Below the pieces are notes generated by a model. It was not told the DNA's origin, ran no database searches, and saw nothing but the letters and a program-made list of their open reading frames with translations. Source: Paragordius varius (taxonomy: Eukaryota; Animalia; Nematomorpha). Taken from it: a stretch of DNA of 64,000 nt. This document shows positions 26,289 through 38,584 of this stretch, one piece after another (the first letter of the stretch is position 1; each line of letters opens with the position of its first letter). The stretch is from assembly GCA_964247055.1 (NCBI GenBank), contig OZ176057.1:4774001-4838000 (forward strand), read 5' to 3'. The position numbers were made by a program, and so were the translations under genes.

Positions 26289-27369
26289 AAGATATATAAA
26301 TTTCACACCGCAAATTGCTTCATCCATTTTGCAAAAAAATATTTGGTTTTTTTTAATTAAACTAAATAAATTTTATTAAGCATTCACATAAATTTATTAA
26401 CTTATTTAGTGAAGCTAAAAAAAATTTTCATATATTAACGGAGGTTTTTCATAATACGCTATTAATAATAAATATATCATTGTTGCTTATATCAGAGTGC
26501 ATTGGATTTAGTTTGGGGGCTCGGAAATAAAATTAAAATTCATTGTTTTTTGGAATAGTCGATTACCTGAATTAAATTGATAATAAACAAAAAGTATCTA
26601 AGATACTGATTAAATTCAAAGATTTGCACGTTATGGTCCTTTAAGCCAATTATAAAAAGGATCTTTATTAAAAATAAATAATTTTAAAAAAATCTCCTCT
26701 TGAACTTTTAGCACTAGAAATATTTTTTGTGACATAAAACTGCGAAATGAAAATTAATTAAATTTGAAATGTTTTTGATCATATTTGATAGCAAAATTTT
26801 GATAACAGTAAAAACTAAATTATGCGGACAAAGCGTAATAGAATAGGACATATATTTTTTAGCCATACTTTTTTTAAACCTTAGTTTTTCCCATATAAAT
26901 AATTGATCTGCAATAAACAATATATAAAAAAATCAAGTTTTTAAAAATATGATGCTATGATTGTCTATATGTTTTGTTTTGATCGTATGAATTCAACTAC
27001 TTTGTTAAAAAATCAACTGGTGGTTTGTAGTGTTGGATTTTAATTTTAAACCTCAGAACAGATGTGCAAAGATTAGTTCACAAAATTATAGCTTTTTTAC
27101 TGATTATTCCCAATTGGCAACCAATTAAAAAATTTGTTATATTGTTTGCATTTTAAAATCTTACGTTTAAAATTTAATGAATTAACTTAGGAGCCCATTT
27201 ATTTGTAATAAGACCAGGTACGCCATTTGTGTTGGACATCCCTAATAATATAAAAAATACACGTAATACTTAATCTTTAAAAACACATTTGAATTTTTAG
27301 GGGTAGTTTTTAAGGGTTAATTTGAATAAATGGTGCATTTACGATTTGTTGTCATAAACCATTATATAT

Positions 27370-27767
27370 TAGGGCTTGGAACTGGAACCGCATGGAACCG
27401 GAACTCGGTCCTGAGATTTTAACAAGAACCGGTTCCATTGGGATGTAATCAACTCGGTACCGATTCCAAAATTTCAAGAACCAACCCGGTTTTATCCATA
27501 AATTTTTAAAAATCAACCCGGTTTCAATTCCAACCGTTCAGGAACCAACCCGGTTCCGGTTCCTCCTTCTTAATTACAAATTCCCATATTATTTTCATTA
27601 AAAAAATTTTATTTTATTATGTTATTCCTAATATTATACTAACGATACTCTCTGAATTTTGGGCGATTTGGCTGTTCTAAAAAACTAATAGTTATAATTC
27701 AAGTTTATTATAATACACATGTAAGTATATATGTAGGTCCCTGTTAAAAGAAGCTTTTTGAGCCCTA
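27370..27767. mobile_element. About 400-bp insertion with TAGGGCT...AGCCCTA termini and GGAACC/AACCCGGTT subterminal repeats
   Basis: Present in duplication copy 1 and absent at the matching site in copy 2 (about 47810). 7-bp TIR; no clear 8-bp TSD. Confidence 0.65.
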
Positions 27768-28341
27768 ATTTAATTTAAATTACATACTGAGTCTAAAATC
27801 TAAATATTTGAAACCGTGTTTCTGATATATTAATTTTTGGCTTATATCGAAATACAACTGCAATAAAGCTCATAACTGATAAATCTATTGAATTAAATAT
27901 ATTATCAAGGATAGAGATATCATGTTTTTATATATCTAAACTTAATTTCATATGGTCTAAACAAAATATAAACGCATAAAATTATTAACTGACAAATATA
28001 ACAACAACTAATTTATAATGATTTTGACAGTTATAAGACCTTAATGTTAAAAAATATATTATACCAATTTGAATAATATACATAAACGATAACCAATTTT
28101 CGAGGAAAAATTTAAATGTTTAAACAAAAACCTTAAGATAAATATTAAGCATTCCATTAATATATTTATAAATGCAATAAATTAATGAATATCTAGTTTA
28201 AAAGTAAAGGGGCTTTGACAGCCCAACAAAGTTTCTAGTTTAAACACATCTTCTTCAAAGCATATCCAGATTTGTGAATACTAAACAGTTTAATATTTTC
28301 CAATATTGGTAGATTAGTCTGTTGGGAATTGATAGACCATA

Positions 28342-28899
28342 TTTGGATTTGATTTGGTTCACCAGTCCGGAAACAGATCACAAAGTTACATAAAAAATCA
28401 GTTTTTAGCGGGTAGCTCCTTACCCAGCAGCTGGAACGCTTGACTAAAAATTTTGCATTTTAACAGGGAATACGTGGAATCCATATTGAATTTTTACGGT
28501 CTCACACCCTGGGCGAAAAATATTATAAAATTGTGGACTTTGTATTTTTTGAAAAAGGTGGCATTTTACGGGGTAAGCGGGTAAAAAGAGGGCCTATATC
28601 AAAAAAGTGAGACTACTATGTTCGGCGCAATCGAAAATATTTAACGAAAATCATATTTATAATCGAATGGTCCATTCTCCAGAAAATTGTCTCAAAGACA
28701 CGATTTTTGTGGACTTCTGTTTTTAAAAAAAACCGTTTTTCACACGGGGTGGACCCAAATTGGGAGCTATTTCCAAAAAGGCCAAAGCTTTTGTTGGGGC
28801 ATTCATTATATTTTTTCGATGTTTGGATTTGAATGGGTCGACCGGTTTTCCTGTACCAGATCACAAAGCCAGCATTATCCATTTTTATAAATATATAGA
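28342..28899 (-). mobile_element. Non-autonomous Helitron, 3'-truncated
   Basis: Minus strand begins A|TCTATATATTTATAAAAATGG at 28899 (Helitron 5' TC after a host A). Colinear with the complete copy at 43465-44080 but ends before the hairpin/CTAG terminus. Confidence 0.75.
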
Positions 28900-29299
28900 T
28901 TATAACTCATATTCTAGATATTAACAAACAGCAAACCCTATATTACAATGGATTCAACAAGAATGGTTAATACAATCCTTATATCCTAACTATGCGAATC
29001 GGAAATTACCCTTAAATACCAATGTAGCAGAAAATAATGCTAGTACATCCTTAACCATAAACATGTACAAAGCACTAAAAGAAGAAATAAATACAAGTTG
29101 TTTTTGTATACACAGCCTTATGCCTATAACCGAAACTTATGAAATACTATTCTCTACCTTTTATCAACGTAAATGTCCGGTTTGCCAGACCAAACCACGG
29201 GATCCCGCTGTATGTTTAGTTTGTGGAACGCTAATCTGTGTCCGAGATAATTGTTGTACTCAAATTAACACTCAAAATTCACCCTCAAACATCATATAT
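28900..29299 (+). pseudogene. Duplicated, frameshifted copy of UBR3 exon 20844-21247
   Basis: Retains intronic TATAACTCAT..CTAG acceptor sequence. Indels disrupt the 5' half (CCCTAAAATTACATTGG becomes CCCTATATTACAATGG). The 3' half still reads FYQRKCPVCQTKPRDPAVCLVCGTLICVRDNCC. Cut at 29299 by the foldback arm. Confidence 0.9.
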
Positions 29300-31060
29300 T
29301 TTAATGTATGTTAAGTAATTTTATTGCCAGTCAAATAACATAAATGGTTTATGAAATGCGTAAAATACTGACCCACAAAATTATTTCGTGATACACATAT
29401 GAAAGAGGATTGATGTGAGAATTAACATAGGTTTTATTTTGATGGATATTTTGTAATGTTAAATTTTGAGAATATTATAGCAATTTATGTTAACATTTGT
29501 AATATTGTTGTTACGTATTTAGATGCGGAATTTTGTGAGTTTTTTTTCGTTGATAAATTAAATAGTAAAATAAGTATTTTTGGATATTTTATGTTAATTA
29601 TTCCTAAATTTAATAATAAATATTTTTTAACATGCTAAATACCTTTAATCAATCTTGATATTATAATTTTATACAGTTGTTATTACTAATTAAAACAGGT
29701 AAATATATATTTGTAATTTAAGTAGATTTTTGTCTTTTATGTTTTTCATTGTTAATTATTAATAATTTTTAAGTATTTCAAACATTTTAATCAGGTGGAA
29801 ATATATTTTGGACATTTAAATAAATACAGTTAAAAATTGCGGTTTTTAACAAATTTAGTAAAAATTTAGTTTTTTTTGTATTTTAAAGTTTTGCATTGTT
29901 ATTGTAATTAATTACTACATATTTTGGACATTATTATATATACAGATAAAAATTGCGGTTTTTAACAAATTCAGTAAAATTTAGTTTTTCTTTTCTTTTT
30001 TTATTAATTGTAATTAATTACTAAATATTTTGGACATTATTATAAATATGCGGTTTTTAACAAATTTAGTAAAAATTTAGTTTTTTTTTGTTTTTTTAGG
30101 TTTTGCATTGTTAATTACTACATATTTTGGACATTTTAATAAGTACAGGTAAATATTTCGGTTTTCAATAAATAAGTTGGAATTTAATTTGTTTTGTTTA
30201 TTCATTGTTAATAATTAATTACTACATATTTTGGACATTTTAATAATGTAGAAAAAATTGCGGTTGTTTATATATTTAGTAAAAATTTAATTTTTTTTGT
30301 TTTTTTTTATTTAACATTGTTAATTGTAATTAATTACTACATGTTGGAGATTAATAATTACAGGTTAAAATAGCGGTTCTTAACAAATTTCGAATTTAAC
30401 AGTTTTTGTATTTTTATCATTATTTGTTATTAATTACTAAATATTTTGGACATTTAAAAAACATGGTTTTTAATAAATTAGTAAAATTTTTATTTTTTTG
30501 TTCAACCTTGCTAATTTATTAATTACTATATATTTATACAGGTAAATATTACTATGATTTGCTATTTTTTAATAGGAAAAATATTTTTGTTTTACATTGA
30601 TAACTAATATACAAATATAGTTATATCTGAGAAAACAGGCAAAAACGCATGTTACCGTTTTATGTTTGACATTTTATTTTCCAAATCCAACCATGTATAT
30701 TTTAACAAACACCTTATGTCACCAAAGATTGAAAAAATGATCAAGATATGAACATCTTTTAAAGTATTTGAATATCGCCAAATATAAATAATTTTATTTA
30801 AAGTATAAATGTATAATTATACAAAATATTCATAATATATTATGTTTAAAATTAGCATTCTTCTTATTGATATTAATACAGGTAATTTCTTTCTAATATT
30901 GATATACGATGCGGTGTGTGTTCATGATGATCTTATCTTAGATTGAAGAATATGAGATGCAAAAAATTAAATGCAGATTGAAAATTCAATCGCCATCATT
31001 TTCTGGGTAGATTCTAATAACTAAAGTGGCAATTCGAGTACCGAACTAAGTTGGTGCTAG

Positions 31061-31078
31061 TGGAGGTCTTACCGATAT
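31061..31078 (+). promoter_or_regulatory. Candidate primer-binding site of the LTR retrotransposon (tRNA-Gln-like)
   Basis: TGGAGGTCTTACCGATAT, 28 bp before the gag ATG, resembles the complement of the metazoan tRNA-Gln 3' end (TGGAGGTYCCACCGAGAT as recalled; not database-checked). Confidence 0.5.
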
Positions 31079-31088
31079 CCTATCGAAC

Positions 31089-34000
31089 ATGACAACGACA
31101 ATCAATCTCGCTAACCTATGCATCGAGAAATATGTTGATTATATGACAAAAGTTATGGAGGCAAAAGATATCCCTGTAACAGAACTAGCCCTCAAAACAA
31201 CCTTGCTTGCCTATGGTGGTCAAATGGTTGTACGCAAAATCAACCAACGACTGTATCCGAAAAAGATAAAAGATGCAGAATGGACCGAGATAATGGCAAC
31301 GGGTTTAAAGGTATTCAATTTCACAAAGTGATTCCAAAGCAGATTTGAGTTTTTTTTGACTTGTGCGGAACAACACTGAATCGTTTACCCAATTTTTAGA
31401 ACGGGTAAAGATCGCAGCCGAAGAGGCAAAATTTAATGATTCAGTTGAGGAACGGATTCGGGATGCTTTCGTAATTGGTTTACGGCAACCACAATTGGAA
31501 ATTGATATACATTCAAGGTATACCAATGCCGAGATCAACGGACAACCCGTGCCTCTAGAAACGATAGTGGATCTCGCACTAGCATACGAGGCTGCCAGGG
31601 CTGGCCTTCATAACAATAATGATAATACCAATTATAACAATGGTAATATAAATCGATCACAACACACCAATAATAACAACAAGGCCATGCGTTCACGACA
31701 GCCAACAGCAAAACCCCTAACACATTCGTGCAATCGTTGTGGTAATAGCCATGGACCAAACAAATGTCCTAGCCTGGAAGCGCAATTGCAATAAATGCGG
31801 AAAACCTCATCACTTCGCAAAAATGTGTAGATCAAAAAACACTGCCAAAAATTTGTTCAACCGCCAGATCTATAGAAAAGCAATGCCAACCTCACCATGG
31901 ACCGTAAAAATAATAATAAACAACACAGAACAAACGTTTATCTATGAGACTGGAGCTGACATCAGTGTTATCAGCTTTGAAACCTGGAAACAAGTTGGCA
32001 AGCCAAATATTAGACCCATACCGCCAGTAAAAGCCTACAATAATAGTATAGTACCGCTACTGGGCGTAACAACAGTCACAGTGCAAATCAATGGGCAAAA
32101 CTTGGGGAACGCATAATGTTGTGTATTGAAAGAAAAAATGTCAAAGGCACCGCTCATTTGTGGCTTGGATTGGATCACGAGATTCAATATCGACATTCCT
32201 AAAGTACGAATTAACTTTCTTAAATTTGATAAAATTTTTGAAAATTTCCCTAATCTATTTAAAGAGGAATTAGGTTGTTACATTGAGCCAGTTACAATTC
32301 ATATAGCACCCAATGCCTCCCCCAAAGTTTGGCCTTGCCGCCGAGTACCGTTTCCCCTAAGAGCAAAAGTTGAAAATGAATTACTAAGATTACAAAAGTT
32401 AGACATTCTGGAGCCTATAGATCCCAACCTTACACATCTGACATGGGCCACGCCCACCGTTAATGTGCTCAAAGTAAATGGAGAGGTAAGAATTTGCAGC
32501 GATTTTATTACCATCAACAAGTGGCTCACTGAGGACTCTCATATCATTCCAACGTTTGATGATTTAGTGAGTAAGATTGGCGAAGGCCAAGTTTTCACTA
32601 AGATTGACTTGAAATATTCCTATCTACAAATGCCCATAACCAAAGAATCACAACATCTCTTATTGCAACTCACAAGCGATTTTTTCGCTACAAAAGGATG
32701 CCTTTCGGACTGGCAACAGCACCAATAATTTTCCAACGAGTCATGGGCCAGGTTATAAAAGATTGTCCCGGCATTTGTGCATATTTAGATGATGTTTTAG
32801 TAACTGGCAAATCTGATCAGGAACATTTAATAAATCTTAATATAGTTTTAAATCGGTTAGAATTAGCAGGTTTTAGATTATGAAAAGATAAAATAAAAAT
32901 AGGTGAACCTTCAGTAAGTTATCTGGGATTTGAAATAAATAATAAAAGTATAAGTTCTCAAGCATAAAGTAAGCAATTAATATTTTAAAAAACTTGTGGA
33001 TAAAAAATCTTTAAGAAATTTTCTAGGATCTTTAACGTATCTTGAAAGATTTATACCCAAGCTTCAATTGATTGTAAGTTTAACCAGTAAGAACGTCAGA
33101 TGGAACTGGTCGGAAAAACATGAGAATTGTTGGAAAGCCGCTAAGGAATTATTAAGTGAACAAGTAATTTTACCACCATACAATCCGGATAGAAAGTTAA
33201 TTGAGACCGATGCCTCATATATAGGGTTTGGATGTATTTTAAGTCATGTTGTAAATGGTGAAAGAAAACCCATTGCCTATGGTTCAAGAAAATGCAGTAC
33301 CGCAGAATTGAACTACACTATGATAGAAAAGGAATTAAAGGCTATTGTTTTTGCATTAGAAAAGTTTCACAACTTCATTTATGGTAGAAAGTTTGAAATT
33401 TTGACAGACTACTTATCACTGGTCAGGTTGATAAATAGGAATAGAAATTTGAAAGAAATTCAGAATGAGAAATTTTTAAGATGGGTTAGACTGAATGATT
33501 ATGATTGAATTAAGTTATCAGGCGGGTCCGAAAAATAGAGCCGATTACTTGTCAAGATGTCCCGGTGAAGATAATGTTGTCACAATTGATAGAGATTACA
33601 TGGTAACGAGACATCTTAGGTTCCTAAATTGTCATAACGTTCAGTTAAGTCGCGATGAAATTTGGAGAGAGACGGTTAAGGATAAATTTTGAAGAAAGTA
33701 ATTAAGGCGATTCATAACCAAGATTGGAGTGATGTTGAGTTGGCTGGGTTTACCAACCGGAAGATAGAGATTTTGTACTAATACGGATTGCGCAGTTTAA
33801 ACGATAGAATTATCATCCCAAAAAACTTACAGGCAAATGTGGTCAATTATTTACACAGCGGGTATAATAATGTAGAAACGATGAAAGCAATGGCAAGGTT
33901 TACTTGTTTTTGGCCCAAATTAGAGAACGATTTGGTAAGAAGATACAGTGAATGTAGTTCATGTCAAGTAAAGCCAAGCCTAGGTGAAAATCCGACTTAT

Positions 34001-34955
34001 CAATGGGATCCAAATGCTGCGATATGGGAGCGGTTATACATCGATATAGCGGGACCAGTTGATGGGTTTTATTGGTTGTTAATTATTGATACATCCAAAT
34101 GGTCGGAAGGGTTCATGTTAAAACGGGTTAATTCGGTAAACATATTGCATAAACTCGAGGAAACCTTTGCCAGGTTTGGGTTTCCGAGGACGGTAATTAG
34201 TGATAATGCTTCTTATTTTAGTAATTCGTACTTCACATCCACTTTAACAAACTTGGGTATTAAACACGTGAGGGTAACCCCCTATCATCCCAAAAGTAAT
34301 GGGATCGTAGAAAGGTTAGTGGTGACCCTCAAGGGCAAGTATAGAAAAATCAAAAATGATAATATTTCACCGCAAGAAGCTTTCAATACCACTCTATATC
34401 GTACCGTAATTCAATACATGCGACTACAAAAGAAACCCTTTTCAACTACTCTTCAAACGAGTATCTCAAACACCCCTCACCTAGATCAACACAAAAGCAA
34501 CAATCTTAGACGCACCCCGTCCACGCCGTGAGTTCTCAATAAACCAACGTAATGATGAGAAACGAACAAAATTTTGGATGGCGAGCCGGCGATGTTGTTG
34601 ATAGAACGGGTCTCCTTTCGTACAGTGTGTGGGTCAGGTAAACCAGAAGATTGTCAGAAAGCATGCAGATCAGTTGAAACACGTAGACCTACCGGCCAAC
34701 TCAACCGCACTGGTTACTCCAAACAATAGTAATGATAGTAACAAAGACAATAACAATAATAATAATGGTAGTAGTATTGATAATAACAATAGTAATGACA
34801 ATAATAATGATAAAATAAATGATAATAATAATAATAATGAAAGTAGTAATGAAAACATTAATAGCAATGATAACAATATCAATGTAAATCCGCCGAGCGT
34901 CGTTACCCTGAGAGAATTCGGCGGAAGCCGGTCGGTTCTTTTAAGGGGGAAGTGA
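31089..34955 (+). pseudogene. Fragmented gag-pol of the Gypsy element
   Basis: ORF pieces 31089-31331, 31363-31794, 31739-32116, 32126-32728, 32698-32883, 32996-33508, 33495-33692, 33788-34531 and 34629-34955 tile one gag-pol. Confidence 0.92.
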
Positions 34956-35189
34956 TGTTATGCAAATCTGAAATATATACTTTGTTTTTATATCATAATT
35001 TTTGGTGTTACATGCAAATGTGAAATACATACTTTGGTTGTAGATCATAACTTTCAGCGTTATTTGAATTGTATTATTTTCAATATTTTTTGTGTACTAT
35101 GTAAATATTATATCCTTTGTTTATTTTATTGATGCAAATTATGTACAACTAAAATTATGATATAAAAACAAAGTATATATTTCAGATTT
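34956..35189. repeat. About 242-bp TG...CA element with 47-bp perfect TIRs at the 3'-LTR position; its last 8 bp are displaced to 38599-38606 by the RTE insertion
   Basis: TGTTATGCAAATCTGAAATATATACTTTGTTTTTATATCATAATTTT at 34956 is complementary to 35151-35189 plus GCATAACA (38599-38606). It lies 3 nt after the PPT. Confidence 0.75.
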
Positions 35190-35196
35190 CAGATTT

Positions 35197-38100
35197 AAAA
35201 AAAAACAACTGTTGTTACGCGCGCGCGTTCGACCACTACACAAACGAAAAATTCTAAATTCTTATTTATTTTATATTATATCTATTTATCTTCAAAGTTT
35301 ATTCAATCTTTTATCACTTATCCTATACTTTGAATTTTGTTATAACATACCTATTCCCATTTTTGTTTTTGGACGTAAGACTTACCGTTGGCCTTTTCCT
35401 ATAATTTGCCTATTAATATTCTCTTAAATATATAGATTGTATTCTTGGATAAGTATTGTAGCACTATTTATTTTAATTTTTACTATGACACATAATATAA
35501 CCCTTGATTTATATTGTTTTATACATAAATTTTGCTTTAAATTTTTTATTGCGAAATATAATTTCCGTTTTTACCTATAGCCTAGGTTTTTTTATTTTTA
35601 ACATCTATCAATTTGTCATAATTAGTTCGACACTTCAATTTTATTATTTTTATTTTGTTTGTTTAAAGCTGTCAAATGAATATTGATGTGTATAGTAATA
35701 ACCGGTCAGGCCTGGCCAGCCGCGGTTTTGGTGTTGTGGCCAATAATACAAAGAGAATGCAAAGAAATACGGGATGCCTGTATTTTGCTAGTTTAAATGT
35801 TGGTTCATTGAAAAGTAAGTTAAATGATTTGTGAGAATAATGAAAGTTAAACATATTGATATTTTGGCATTACAAGAGACTCGTTACCGCAGAAACGGAG
35901 CAAGGACTTTGGAAGAGAATTATCGACTATATTACTCAGGTGAAAGTGGCGGACGAAATGGAGTGGCAATTATCATTAATCCCAAATTGTCCAATCAGGT
36001 TAAAGAAGTAAGACGCTATAACAGCCGAATCATGAATTTAGATATTTTGGTAGGTAACGAGGTCATAACGGTATTTAGTATATATGCCCCCGCAAATAGG
36101 TTTACCGAAACAAGAAAAGGAGCAATTTTACGAGACTCTAGATGAAAAAATAGTCGCTCTCCCTCAGCTCAGAGTCAAGTTTTTATGTGGGGATTTTAAT
36201 GGTCATCTTGGTTCAAAAAGGGAATCTTTTGAAATATGGCACGGGGAACATTCTTATGAAGAAAGAAACGAGGAAGGAATTAATTTGCTCAGATTTGCAC
36301 AATCTCACAATTTGGCGATATCGAACACGTTTTTCGAAAAAAGAGAGAGTCATCTAGTAACTTTTAAGAGCAGCATAAACAAATCTCAAATAGATTTTAT
36401 ACTTGTTCCAAGAGACTTATTGAAGCTTGTAATAGATTGTAAGGTCGTGCCAAACTTAGAGGTTAGTTCGCAACATAATTTACTTATTTGTAAATTTTTC
36501 GTGAAAGAAAAGTCTAAACAAAGTGGTTCTTATTCAAAGAGATTAAAAAGTATTAAGTGGGAGAAATTATCCGAAAAAAGGCAGGCTTTTATAAAAGAAA
36601 TACGGTTATCCGAGGATGGTGGGTTAAATGGTGATTGGGATAAAGTAAGTCAGTTAATCAAAAAGGCAGGAACTCTAGTTTGTGGATTAAAAGGCGGAAA
36701 ATCTCAAGTATACAGAGAGGCTTGGCTTTACGATGAAAGAATAATATTGATGTCACGAGAAAAAGGTAAGGCTTTTGACAAATGGAGACATACAAGGAAT
36801 GATGATGATAGAGATAAGTATAAAAGTTTAAATAAGGAATTGAAAAAATTAGTCGGCCAGGTTAAGAAAGAAAAAATGAATTTATTTTATGATGAGTTAA
36901 ATAGAAAGCAAGGTTTAAACAAAGTGTATAAAGTTGCGCAGCAAAGGAATAAACGCAGGATGGATTTGCCAGGTTATGCGACTGCAATAAAAGGAAAAGA
37001 TGGAAGCTTGCTGTGCGAAAATGTAGAAATATTAAAAAGATGGAAAGAGTACTTTGTGAGTTTAGATGAAGGGGTAGGCGAGATATTTTTGCCAAATACA
37101 GTTGAAGCTACTGATAGACGAATAGAGGCAATTACACGAAAGGAAGTAGAATCTAATCTGTTAGAAATGCCAAACAACAAAGCTGTAGGATCAGACGGCA
37201 TAAATATATATTGTTGGAAAGTGCTTGGAAATTCTGGATTAAATTTTTTGGAGCGTGTATTTAATAAAGTTGTTTCAACGTATGAAATCCCGGTTGAATG
37301 GAAGGAAAGTTTAACTGTGCCTTTATTTAAAGGAAAAGGTGATATAAATGAATGTAGTAACTATAGAAGGATAAAACTTATGTCGCACACTATGAAATTG
37401 TTTGAAAAAATAATTGAAAAGCGAATCAGGAAAATGATATCTATAGAACAGTAGATCCTATACATGCGGTTAGGAGGTTGATTGAAAAACACATTGAAAA
37501 AAAGAAAGAATTACACGGGGTTTGGATTGATATAGAGAAGGCGTTTGACAGGATTCCTAGAGAAACTATTTGGTGGAGTCTCCGTCGTAAAAAGGTACCA
37601 GAAATATATTAAGTTGTTACAAATAATGTACGAATCACACACCTCCAGGATTAAAACTCCACAAGGTTTATCAGAGCCCTTTTCAATAAAGCATGGAGTC
37701 TACCAAGGCTCATCACTCAGCCCCTTATTGTTTATAATTTGTATGGACGAGGTAGCCAAGGTTGTTAATGTGAGTTCAGGATGGTACTTAATGTATGCAG
37801 ATGACATAATCATCTTGTCTGATTCATTAATTGAGTTAAAGCGAACGGTAAACAGATGGGTTGTTATGCTGGATCAATATGGTCTGAAAGTAAACAAAGC
37901 AAAAACCGAACTTATTACTTTTGGGGGTCCACAACATGAAAAGGTAGTTGATGATAGTTGGGTTCTGAAGGGTAAAGAAAGTTGTAAATATCTGGGAGCT
38001 ATGTTAAGTGCAGATGGTTCGTTAACTGACGATATTAATTTAAGAATAAAGAGCAGCTGGGTAAATTGGAAGAAAATTTCGAGCGTATTATGCGATCGAA

Positions 38101-38584
38101 ATATTGATGTTAGAGTGAAAGGTAAGATTTACAGTTCAGTTGTCCATCCCTCAATAATGTATAATTCACAGACATCGGGTGTTAAAAAATCCGAAGACAG
38201 ACAATTTAATGTGACTGAAATGAAAATGCTCAGAATGATGTGTGGGGTAACTAGAAAGGACAGAATCGAGAATAGATTTATTCGTGGGAGCACAGATATT
38301 AAATCAATAGTGGAAAGAATGTCAAAAAATAGGCTACGTTGGTTCGGGCACATTGAAAGGAGAGATTCTAATTATATTGCAAAAATAATAGATGGTTATA
38401 AAGTTGAGGGAAAACGAGGACGTGGGCGACCTAAAACAAAATGGATAGATACAGTAAAAAGAGAGCTAGCAGAATACGAGCTTAATGCAGAGGACGCCAT
38501 AGATAGAGTTTTATGGCGAGACAGGTTGTATAACATGACCGCTCTCAAGAGTGAAAACATGTAATGTAATAATAATAATAATAA
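35197..38584 (+). mobile_element. RTE-clade non-LTR retrotransposon, near full length, disabled
   Basis: Single APE+RT frame from about 35676 (FASLNVGSL, ILALQETR, GDFNGH, SQIDFIL, SQHNLL; YQGSSLSP, YADD, RLRWFGH, RGRGRPKTKW) to the stop at 38564, then a (TAA)n tail. 14-bp TSD TATATTTCAGATTT at 35176-35189 and 38585-38598. Frameshifts near 35830 and about 36100, and a deletion near 37450 removing the QFGF motif. Confidence 0.95.

Larger units (their letters stand above)
20826..28340 (+). repeat. Tandem segmental duplication, copy 1 (UBR3 intron/exon, 3' UTR, antistasin-like gene and flank)
   Basis: Colinear similarity: 20826-21232 with 28900-29299; 22421-22452 with 39829-39860; about 22455-28340 with about 41970-48420. 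Confidence 0.85.
31061..35189 (+). mobile_element. Ty3/Gypsy LTR retrotransposon, Mag-like, decayed; 5' LTR not found
   Basis: gag with two Cys/His knuckles (CNRCGNSHGPNKC; CNKCGKPHHFAKMC), protease (ETGAD, catalytic Asp lost), RT (YLDD), RNase H (ETDAS) and integrase (H...C-x2-C, IDIAGP, SDNA, ERL) in PR-RT-RH-IN order. Many stops and frameshifts. PPT AAGGGGGAAG at 34943-34952. Confidence 0.95.

Noticed and set aside
28616-28890. ORFs 28616-28882 and 28687-28890, similar to 43474-43674 and 43971-44159
   Set aside because: They lie within two copies of the same non-autonomous Helitron; frames are not conserved and there are no Rep/helicase motifs.
28900-29299. Retroposed UBR3 fragment or alternative terminal exon
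   Set aside because: It includes intronic acceptor sequence, so it is a DNA-level copy. It lies downstream of the UBR3 stop and is frameshifted in its 5' half.
30900-31060. Candidate 5' LTR starting TGATATACG
   Set aside because: It shares only TGAT with the sequence after the PPT, has no CA end before the PBS and no TSD was found. Left unassigned.
34670-34882. Poly-Leu, membrane-like ORF on the minus strand
   Set aside because: It is the antisense reading of the AAT-rich Gypsy pol tail.
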